Of a stretch of 32,173 nt of DNA, positions 25,315-32,173 are shown in pieces (positions within the stretch are counted from its first letter, which is position 1; each line of letters begins with the position of its first letter). The DNA comes from Actinomycetota bacterium. GTDB taxonomy: Bacteria > Actinomycetota > UBA4738. The DNA is taken from contig DASVPT010000238.1 of assembly GCA_036389535.1 (NCBI GenBank), positions 1 to 32,173 of the forward strand, written 5' to 3'. The notes under the pieces were generated by a model. It was not told the DNA's origin. It ran no database searches and worked only from the letters and a program-made list of their open reading frames with translations. Position numbers and translations under genes: made by a program.

Positions 25315-26666
25315 GCCGAACGGATACCCGGCCCAAGATTCCGTCGGTGGACGCACTACTTCGATCCGACCCGGGCCGGAAGGTCGCCCAGAAGCTCGGA
25401 CGCGCCGTCCTGAAACAGGCGCTCCAGGCGACCCTCACCGACATCAGGGCCGAGGCGGCGCGAGGGAGTCCCATCCCGGAGGACGCCGTCATCCTGGCCA
25501 GAGCAGCCGGCGCCGCCGCCCGGAACTACTACGGGCTCAGCGAGGTCATCAACGCCACCGGCGTCATCCTTCACACGGGCCTTGGTCGAGCGCCGCTTCC
25601 GGAACGCGCCGCACATGCGGCAGCCAACGCCGCCCGCGGCTACTCCGATCTGGAAGTCGAGCGCGAGACCGGCGCGCGCGGCAGGCGCACGGCGCGGGCC
25701 GAGGCGCTGCTGAAGTCGCTCACCGGCGCGGAGGACGCCCTGGTGGTCAACAACAACGCGGCGGCCCTGTTGCTGACGCTTTCGGCGCTGGCAGCCCGGC
25801 GGGAAGTGCTGGTCTCCCGAGGGGAGCTCATCGAGATCGGCGGCGAGTTTCGACTTCCCGAGATCATGGCGGCGTCTGGCGCCAAGCTGGTCGAGGTGGG
25901 CACCACCAACCGCACGCGAGCCGGCGACTACCAACGCGCCATCGGCCCGAAGACCGCCCTCATCCTCAAGGTGCATCCGAGCAACTACCGCGTCGTCGGC
26001 TTCACGAACTCGGTCGGCGTGTCCGAGCTCGCCGAGACCGCACGCCGCGCGGGGATTCCGCTCGCGTACGACGTTGGTAGCGGCCTCCTCGATCGCTATC
26101 CGGGCGTTCCGCGAGACGAACCGAGCGTCGCCGAGGCGCTCTCGGGCGGCGCTGACGTCGTGACGTTCTCCGGCGACAAGCTGCTGGGCGGACCGCAGGC
26201 GGGTGTGATCGCCGGCGCCGCACCGCTGATCGAACGGCTTCGCCGCCATCCCATCGCCCGCGCGGTTCGAATCGACAAGATGACGGTCGCGTCGCTGGAG
26301 GCGGTGCTTCGGCTCTATGCCACGGACCGCCGCGGCGAGATTCCCATCTGGCAGATGCTGTCCACGCCGCAGTCCTCGCTGTTCAATCGGGCCCAGGCAC
26401 TGGCGGCGATCTTCCCCGGCGCAACTGCACGAAAGAGCGAGGCCGCGGTGGGTGGCGGCTCCGTCCCGGGATACGCGGTTCCTTCGGCCGAGCTCGTTGT
26501 GCCCGTCGACTCACCGGCCGAGATCGCAGCGAGGCTCCGGATGGGACGCCCGCCAGTCTTTTGCCGGGTCGAGGACGCGGCACTGGTATTCGATGTCGTC
26601 ACCGTGTCAGCGGAGGACGAAGACCGTATGGTTCGGGCCATCCGCTACGCCCTCGAGCAGGGCTGA
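25311..26666 (+). CDS. selA: L-seryl-tRNA(Sec) selenium transferase
   Basis: The GTG at 25311 overlaps the ACAD stop (GTGA). The N-terminus is IPSVDALLR, followed by INATGVILHTGLGRAP and the PLP-lysine motif FSGDKLLGGPQAG. The 5' part of ORF 24537..26666 is an out-of-frame read through the ACAD gene. Confidence 0.9.
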   Translation: MSRTDTRPKIPSVDALLRSDPGRKVAQKLGRAVLKQALQATLTDIRAEAARGSPIPEDAVILARAAGAAARNYYGLSEVINATGVILHTGLGRAPLPERAAHAAANAARGYSDLEVERETGARGRRTARAEALLKSLTGAEDALVVNNNAAALLLTLSALAARREVLVSRGELIEIGGEFRLPEIMAASGAKLVEVGTTNRTRAGDYQRAIGPKTALILKVHPSNYRVVGFTNSVGVSELAETARRAGIPLAYDVGSGLLDRYPGVPRDEPSVAEALSGGADVVTFSGDKLLGGPQAGVIAGAAPLIERLRRHPIARAVRIDKMTVASLEAVLRLYATDRRGEIPIWQMLSTPQSSLFNRAQALAAIFPGATARKSEAAVGGGSVPGYAVPSAELVVPVDSPAEIAARLRMGRPPVFCRVEDAALVFDVVTVSAEDEDRMVRAIRYALEQG

Positions 26667-26681
26667 CCCGAGCGAACGCAG

Positions 26682-28568
26682 GTGAGCGCCGCCGAACCGG
26701 CCAGCGTGACGAGGAGCTCCCCCTCGCTGCACGTAGTGGCGACGGCGGGGCACGTCGACCACGGCAAGTCGGCGCTCATCCTCCGGCTCACCGGCATGGA
26801 CCCCGACCGCCTGGCCGAGGAGAAACGCCGGGGCCTGACCATCGACCTCGGATTCGCCTGGACGACGCTCGAGTCCGGACACGAGGTCGGATTCGTCGAC
26901 GTGCCAGGCCATGAGCGGTTCGTTCGAAACATGCTCGCCGGCGTCGGTCCTGTCCGCCTCGTGCTCTTCGTGGTCGCGGCCGACGAAGGATGGAAGCCCC
27001 AATCCGAGGAACATCTCCAGATCCTGGACGTCCTCGGCGTCGACGGCGCCGTGGTCGCACTGACCAAGGTCGATCAGGTCGATTCGGAGACGCGGAACAA
27101 CCGAACCGCCGAAGTGACGGCCAAGCTCGAGGGAACGGCGCTGGCCGGTGCTCCCATCGTCGGGTGCTCGGCGGTTACGGGTGAAGGGATGGCCGACGTT
27201 CGCGCGGCGCTTGACGCGACCATCGGGAGCGCCACTCCTGCCGAAGCGCTGGGGCGGGCCCGGCAGTTCATCGACCGGGTGTTCACCGTCAAAGGTTCCG
27301 GGACGGTGGTCACCGGCACGCTGACGGGCGGCGCTCTTCACGCCGGCGACGAAGCCGAGGTCCTTCCCTCGGGACACCGAGCGAGGATTCGCGGCCTCCA
27401 GACGCACAAGCGCCCGCTGACCATCGCCCGGCCGGTCTCGCGGGTCGCGGTGAACCTGGCGGGAACCCCGAAGGAGAACCTCGAGCGAGGCGACGTGCTG
27501 ACCGTCCCGGGACAGTGGCGCGCGACCTCGGTCATCGAAGGATCGATGCGAACGGTTCGCGGCCTCGGCCATGCGCTGTCCGCACGCGGCGCCTTCAAGC
27601 TCTACGCGGGGTCCGCGGAGCGAGACGCGCGCATCCGCCTCTATGGACCGCGAGAGCTCCGGGCCGGTGAGGAAGCGTTCGTTCGAGTGACGCTTTCCCG
27701 TCCGCTGGTCCTGGACTTCAAGGACAGCTTCGTCCTGCGCGAGGCCGGGCGACAGGAGACCGTCGCGGGCGGCGTCGTGCTGGATACCGAACCGCCCCTT
27801 CGGTCGACCGGCGACCCGATCGCCAGGCTTCAGGCCCGACAGGATGCCGATCGCGCCGGGCTGGCCTGGCGAGTGGTCGTGGACCGGGGCGCCCTTCGGG
27901 CATCCGAGATGAAATTCCTGGCCGGCGTGGGGCCGGGCGACGCAGAGAGCCGAGGGGCCGCGCGCGTCGGCGCGTGGCTGATGACTCCCGAGTTGTTGGA
28001 GCTTGCAAGCGAAACCGTGATCGGCGCCGTGTCTGACCTCCACGAAAGGCATCCGCTCCAACGCGGCATGGAGGTCCCGCAGGTCCACTCGCTCCTGACC
28101 GGTGTCTCCCGTGCGTTCGCCGACCCCGGGCTGAGCGAGGCGTTGCTCGAGCACCTCGTTGGCGCGGGAGGAGTGCAGCGAGAGGAAAACATCGTCCGCC
28201 TGCCGGACCACGGGGCGCTCACCGCGGGACGCGAAGACGCGGACCGTCTCGTCAGCCGCATAGAGGCGGCCGAGCCAATGCCACCCTCCGTCAAGGAGCT
28301 GGCATCAGAAGGTTTCGACCGCGAATTGATCCAGGCGGCGTGCACCGACGGCCGGCTGGTGCGCGTCTCGCCGGACGTCGTGGTCACGCCACACTTTCTG
28401 GCGCGAGCCGAGGAGGTGGTTCGAGAACGAAGCGCCGACGGCGTCACCGTATCGGCGTTTCGCGAAGCCCTCGGAACGACGCGAAAATATGCGCTGCCGA
28501 TCCTCGAGTACTTCGACGAGAGGAGGATCACGCGCCGCAAGGGCGACGTGAGAGTGCTGAAGGAGTAA
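26682..28568 (+). CDS. selB: Selenocysteine-specific translation elongation factor
   Basis: The GTPase motifs AGHVDHGKS, DVPGHERF and TKVD are present. The C-terminal winged-helix region has VSAFREALGTTRKYALPILEYFD, typical of the SelB mRNA-binding domain. Confidence 0.92.
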   Translation: MSAAEPASVTRSSPSLHVVATAGHVDHGKSALILRLTGMDPDRLAEEKRRGLTIDLGFAWTTLESGHEVGFVDVPGHERFVRNMLAGVGPVRLVLFVVAADEGWKPQSEEHLQILDVLGVDGAVVALTKVDQVDSETRNNRTAEVTAKLEGTALAGAPIVGCSAVTGEGMADVRAALDATIGSATPAEALGRARQFIDRVFTVKGSGTVVTGTLTGGALHAGDEAEVLPSGHRARIRGLQTHKRPLTIARPVSRVAVNLAGTPKENLERGDVLTVPGQWRATSVIEGSMRTVRGLGHALSARGAFKLYAGSAERDARIRLYGPRELRAGEEAFVRVTLSRPLVLDFKDSFVLREAGRQETVAGGVVLDTEPPLRSTGDPIARLQARQDADRAGLAWRVVVDRGALRASEMKFLAGVGPGDAESRGAARVGAWLMTPELLELASETVIGAVSDLHERHPLQRGMEVPQVHSLLTGVSRAFADPGLSEALLEHLVGAGGVQREENIVRLPDHGALTAGREDADRLVSRIEAAEPMPPSVKELASEGFDRELIQAACTDGRLVRVSPDVVVTPHFLARAEEVVRERSADGVTVSAFREALGTTRKYALPILEYFDERRITRRKGDVRVLKE

Positions 28569-28570
28569 GG

Positions 28571-31042
28571 GTGCCGCGCGACCTTCCCACCGGAACCGTC
28601 ACCTTCCTGTTCACCGATATTGAAGGATCCACAAAGCTGCTGGGCGAGCTCGGCGCCGAGGAATACGCCAGAGCGCTTGCAGAGCACCGCCGGATCCTGC
28701 GTGAGGCGTTCGACCGCCACGACGGTGTCGAGATCGACACGCAGGGAGACGCCTTCTTCGTCGCCTTCCCGACGGCGCCCGGCGCGCTCGATGCGGCGAA
28801 GGAAGCACAGCAGGGGCTCTCCGGCGGCCGCATCCGCGTCCGCATCGGTATCCACACCGGTACGCCGCTGGTCGCTGAAGGCAACTACGTCGGGATGGAC
28901 GTCCATCGAGCCGCGCGCATCGCCGCATGCGGCCACGGCGGACAGGTGCTGGTTTCTTCCTCCACCGCTTCCCTGGTCCAGAACGCCGAGCTTCGAGAGC
29001 TCGGTGAGCATCGGTTGAAGGACCTTTCGGCCCCAGAGCGTCTCTACCAGGTTGGCGATCACGAATTTCCTCGGCTCAAGAGCCTTCATCAGACGAACCT
29101 TCCCGTACCGGCGACGCCGTTTCTTGGACGTCAGACGGAGTTGAGCGAGGTGGTCGGTCTTCTCGGACGGGAAGAGGTCCGGCTGGTCACGCTGACCGGT
29201 CCCGGCGGCACCGGAAAGACCCGCCTCGCGCTACAAGCGGCGGGCGAATCGGCGGACGCGTATCCCGACGGCGTGTGGTGGGTGCCGCTCGCGCCGCTTC
29301 GCGACCCGCAACTCGTCTCATCCACGATCGCCCGAACGCTGGGAGGGAGCGTCGGCGCCACCGAGGTCATCGCGGATAAACGAACGCTCGTCCTCCTCGA
29401 CAACTTCGAGCACGTCATAGACGCGGCACCGGATATCGGCGACGTTCTCGCTGAATGCCCCAACGTGAACGTCCTGGTGACCAGCCGCGCACCGCTTCGT
29501 GTGTCCGGCGAATGGGATTACGCGGTGGAACCGCTCTACGAACGAGAAGCGGTTGACCTTTTCGTCCAGCGAGCCCGGGCCGTGAGGCGCGACTTCGAAG
29601 GCAACGGCGTCGTGGGCGAGATCTGCCGCCGGCTCGACCACCTGCCCTTGGCCATCGAGCTCGCCGCGGCCCGAGTGAAGCTTCTTCCACCGTCTGAGCT
29701 GCTCCAGAGACTGGATCGCCGGCTGCCCCTTCTCAAGGCGGGAACGCGGGACGCCCCAGAGAGACAACGAACGCTCCGAGCGACCATCGAGTGGAGCAGC
29801 GACTTACTGGGAGCCGAAGAGCGGCAGTTGTTCGCGCGTCTCGCGGTGTTCGTTGGAGGGTTCACCCTTGCCAGCGCGGAGGCCGTGTGCGACGCCGACC
29901 TCGACAGGCTCGAGGCACTCATCGAGCACAACCTGGTTCGCCGGTGGCAGAGCGGCCGGTTCGGCATGCTGGAAACAATTCGCGAATTCGCGGAGGAGCT
30001 TGCGGAGGACTCTGATGACCCGGAGATGGTTCGGCGGCGCCACGCTGCGCATTTTCTGGAGATCGCCGAATCGGCCAACCTCGCCCTTGAGTCGCTGGGG
30101 CGCGGACCCCAACGACCCGACGTCGTCATCCCAGAACAGCACAACATTCGCGCGGCGATCGACTGGGCGACCAGGGCGGACGTCGAAATGGGTCTACGTC
30201 TGGTGCTCGCCCTGGAGAACTTCTGGGTGACGAACGACCCGACCGAGGGTGCGCGACGGTTCGAGGCCCTCCTCCCGCGCGCCGGACACGTCGATCTGGT
30301 TCTGCGCGCGAGGGCGTTGCGCGATTACGCCGGCGCCATCGACATGGCCGGGGACCACGAGGGATCACGGGTTTTCTACGAACAGAGCCGTGACCTCTTT
30401 CGCGAAGCGGGGGACGAAAGTGGCGTTGCGACCGGAATCTTTCGAATCGGAATCGTCGCCCACCACAGAGGTGATCTCGACGAGGCACGCAAGCTCTACG
30501 AGGAAAGCCTCGCCATCTTTCGGCGAATCGGCGACCGAATCGGTGAACTGCAAGTCGTCGGCTCTCTGGGCAACCTCGCATACGACCGAGGAGATCGGGT
30601 CCTCGGCCGAACCTTGGTCCAGCGAGCGATCGACATGGCCGAAGAAGCCGAGTGGGAATGGTGGGCTGTCGGCAACAGCGCTGTGTTGGCCCACGAGACG
30701 TTGGAAGAGGGCAACGTCGAAGAAGGGGAACGGCGAGCGCGGGAAACGCTCGACCGTGCATTCCGGATCCGGGACCGTAGGAGCACGGTGAACGGCCTCG
30801 GGATGCTCGCTTGGGCTGCAGCGGCGAGGGGAGACACAGCACGAGCCGGGACCCTGTGGGCCGCGGTCGAGGCCGAAGCCGCCAGAGCACCCATCTCTCG
30901 ATGGGATATATGGCAGCCGATCTTCGCCCCGCACGTCGCCGGTCTTCCTCGGCCCGACTCTGTGCTATCCCTGGACGAGGCGGTCGCGTACGCGCTTTCC
31001 ACGGAACCGGCTAAGGGCGGCGAGCGGCCGGGAGAGACCTAG
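28571..31042 (+). CDS. Class III adenylate/guanylate cyclase-like domain fused to an NB-ARC-type STAND NTPase and TPR repeats
   Basis: The GTG at 28571 follows AAGGAG, 2 nt after the selB stop. The cyclase-like domain reads VTFLFTDIEGST, TQGDAFFVAF, RIGIHTG, DVHRAARI. The P-loop is GPGGTGKT, Walker B is LVLLDNFEH, and VLVTSR and HLPLAIELAA are also present. The C-terminal ~300 aa are TPR-like. Confidence 0.85.
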   Translation: MPRDLPTGTVTFLFTDIEGSTKLLGELGAEEYARALAEHRRILREAFDRHDGVEIDTQGDAFFVAFPTAPGALDAAKEAQQGLSGGRIRVRIGIHTGTPLVAEGNYVGMDVHRAARIAACGHGGQVLVSSSTASLVQNAELRELGEHRLKDLSAPERLYQVGDHEFPRLKSLHQTNLPVPATPFLGRQTELSEVVGLLGREEVRLVTLTGPGGTGKTRLALQAAGESADAYPDGVWWVPLAPLRDPQLVSSTIARTLGGSVGATEVIADKRTLVLLDNFEHVIDAAPDIGDVLAECPNVNVLVTSRAPLRVSGEWDYAVEPLYEREAVDLFVQRARAVRRDFEGNGVVGEICRRLDHLPLAIELAAARVKLLPPSELLQRLDRRLPLLKAGTRDAPERQRTLRATIEWSSDLLGAEERQLFARLAVFVGGFTLASAEAVCDADLDRLEALIEHNLVRRWQSGRFGMLETIREFAEELAEDSDDPEMVRRRHAAHFLEIAESANLALESLGRGPQRPDVVIPEQHNIRAAIDWATRADVEMGLRLVLALENFWVTNDPTEGARRFEALLPRAGHVDLVLRARALRDYAGAIDMAGDHEGSRVFYEQSRDLFREAGDESGVATGIFRIGIVAHHRGDLDEARKLYEESLAIFRRIGDRIGELQVVGSLGNLAYDRGDRVLGRTLVQRAIDMAEEAEWEWWAVGNSAVLAHETLEEGNVEEGERRARETLDRAFRIRDRRSTVNGLGMLAWAAAARGDTARAGTLWAAVEAEAARAPISRWDIWQPIFAPHVAGLPRPDSVLSLDEAVAYALSTEPAKGGERPGET

Positions 31043-31497
31043 GCGATTTCGGCGATCAGCTCGACCTCGACCGGAACCCCGAGCGGAAGCTCCGCCACCC
31101 CGACCGCCGCGCGGGCGTGCTTCCCGGCGTCGCCGAACACCTCGACGAACAGGTCGCTGGCGCCATTCGCCACTTTCGGCTGATCGGTGAACCCGGTGGA
31201 AGACGCAACGAAGACGGTGACCTTGGCGATACGGCGGACTCGGTCCAGGGATCCCAGCTCCGTGCGGAGCGCCGACAGCGCCTGAAGCGCGCAGCGCCGG
31301 GCGGCCTCCGCCCCCGCCGCCAGGTCGATCTCGGCACCGAGCTTTCCCGTCCACATCGGCGCGCCTTGATCCATGGCGACCTGGCCGGAGACGAACGCGA
31401 GGTTCCCGGCGACGGCCACGGGGATGTAGGACGCAACCGGCGCCGGTGCGGCCGGCAGTTCCAGACCCAGTTCGGAAAGGCGCTGTTCGGCTCCCAC
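31039..31497 (-). CDS. RidA/YjgF/TdcF family protein
   Basis: It is 152 aa with family-typical [29 protein letters not shown]. Its stop shares the palindrome CTAG with the convergent cyclase-STAND gene. Confidence 0.88.
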   Translation of the reverse strand: MGAEQRLSELGLELPAAPAPVASYIPVAVAGNLAFVSGQVAMDQGAPMWTGKLGAEIDLAAGAEAARRCALQALSALRTELGSLDRVRRIAKVTVFVASSTGFTDQPKVANGASDLFVEVFGDAGKHARAAVGVAELPLGVPVEVELIAEIA

Positions 31498-31533
31498 GGG
31501 GGATAACGCTACCGCGGACTCCAGGCGGGGGCG

Positions 31534-31800
31534 CTACGAGGCCTGCTGCTGGTCCCGAATCAGCATCCGGCGTTCGTGCTCGTTGAGGCCGCCCCATACG
31601 CCGAACGCTTCACGGACCCTGAGGGAATATTCGAGGCACTCCATCCGAACGGGACAGGTGGCGCAGATGGCTTTGGCTCGCTCCTCGCGGACGACGCGCT
31701 CCTGTCGGCTCTCACCGTCCGGCGGAAAGAAGGTGGTCGAATCCTCGCCGCGGCACGCGGCTCTCCACTGCCACCCATATGCCCAGCTTTCCATGGCCAT
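31534..31800 (-). CDS. WhiB family transcriptional regulator
   Basis: It has four Cys (AACRGED ... CATCPVRMEC), the GVWGG turn and a basic C-terminus. The start could be ATG 31800, ATG 31794 or the ORF-track GTG 31833. Confidence 0.85.
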   Translation of the reverse strand: MAMESWAYGWQWRAACRGEDSTTFFPPDGESRQERVVREERAKAICATCPVRMECLEYSLRVREAFGVWGGLNEHERRMLIRDQQQAS

Positions 31801-31866
31801 CGTTTTCGGCCGGCGGGCCAATCCCCCTTCCACACCCGTCGTTGATGTGTACGACGAATGAGGGGG

Positions 31867-31886
31867 GTCGTTCGTTCCCGAACGAC
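31867..31886 (-). terminator. Perfect 8-bp/4-nt-loop hairpin between the histidine kinase stop and whiB; candidate terminator or regulatory hairpin with no U-tract
   Basis: The sequence is GTCGTTCG-TTCC-CGAACGAC. It lies 47 nt downstream of the kinase stop on the minus strand and is followed by CCCCCTCATT rather than a U run. Confidence 0.3.
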
Positions 31887-31932
31887 GGTGGCTTCACAGA
31901 ATCGCCACAAGAGCTGGGTTGGCGCGGCGGTG

Positions 31933-32173
31933 TCAGGCTGGGGCGAGGACCAGATCGGCCGCGGTCGGCACCTCGAGCGGAAGGGCGATCCTGAACGCGG
32001 CCCCGCCTCCGGGCGCTTCCTCCACCCAGACCCGGCCGCCGCACGCATTCACCAGCTGCCGGACGATCGGCAGGCCCAGTCCGATTCCCGGGCGCGTGCT
32101 GCTGGGCTCCAAACGCGTGAACCGCTCGAAGATTCGCTCGGTCAGATCCGGCGGGATACCCGGCCCGGCGTCG
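31933..32173 (-). CDS. Sensor histidine kinase, C-terminal HATPase_c fragment (5' end outside the window)
   Basis: The minus-strand translation is DAGPGIPPDLTERIFERFTRLEPSSTRPGIGLGLPIVRQLVNACGGRVWVEEAPGGGAAFRIALP, containing the G1 and G2 boxes. The stop TGA is at 31933-31935. This ORF is not in the ORF track because it is partial. Confidence 0.8.
   Translation of the reverse strand, partial: DAGPGIPPDLTERIFERFTRLEPSSTRPGIGLGLPIVRQLVNACGGRVWVEEAPGGGAAFRIALPLEVPTAADLVLAPA

Noticed and set aside
25436-25443. A third TGTCGGTG (minus strand) inside selA.
   Set aside because: The hexamer 8 nt downstream is CTGGAG, not TANNNT, and the site is intragenic and antisense to selA. It is most likely a chance occurrence.
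25311-28571. Search for tRNA-Sec (selC), or any tRNA, around selA/selB and in every intergenic gap.
   Set aside because: Gaps are 2-119 nt and none shows an acceptor or anticodon arm arrangement or a UCA anticodon loop context. TTCAA-type strings occur only inside coding sequence. I conclude selC is not in this window, though this was by eye without a covariance model.
31888-31908. A possible Crp-binding site upstream of whiB (TGTGA half-site on the minus strand).
   Set aside because: Only one TGTGA half-site is present and no TCACA partner sits at N6 spacing. The region is better described simply as a GTGGC/GCCAC inverted repeat.
1-32173. CRISPR arrays, IS elements, integrases, prophage genes, toxin-antitoxin pairs and long nucleotide direct repeats.
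   Set aside because: None were seen. The only repeated nucleotide strings (gacggaaagatcgt-like) are the codons for the DGKIV blade motif inside the delta-60 repeat gene.

Overview
High-GC (hand counts about 68-70%) actinobacterial-type chromosomal window. It is almost entirely coding: I call 29 CDS and saw no rRNA, tRNA, CRISPR array, transposase or integrase. (1) Positions 1-9407 (+) hold a respiratory cluster, ctaD (5' partial)-ctaE-small membrane ORF-ctaG-qcrC-qcrA-qcrB (aa3 oxidase plus bc1 complex). It is chained by 1-4 nt stop/start overlaps to a 5-formyl-THF cyclo-ligase, an M50/CBS site-2 protease and an amidohydrolase. (2) Positions 9429-15589 (-) hold an AdnA/AdnB-like helicase-nuclease pair, preceded by a RecA-NDp (PafBC-type) promoter motif. 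Upstream of it are a hypothetical gene and a DehI-like gene. (3) A Crp/Fnr regulator with a perfect RecA-NDp motif is followed by an MBL hydrolase and a Nudix hydrolase. Next comes a MidA/NDUFAF7-like methyltransferase converging on an orphan nuoD plus a small membrane protein. (4) A lower-GC secreted delta-60-repeat propeller gene and a flavin reductase with no canonical start come next, followed by an acyl-CoA dehydrogenase-selA-selB-cyclase/NB-ARC/TPR chain. The window ends with RidA, WhiB and the 3' end of a histidine kinase. The most interesting leads are the MidA plus orphan NuoD module (quinone-site Tyr replaced by Trp) and a possible Cys-Sec N-terminal extension of the flavin reductase next to selAB. 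The two DNA-damage promoter motifs and the cyclase-STAND protein also merit a look. All homology calls come from motif recognition by eye; no database search was run.
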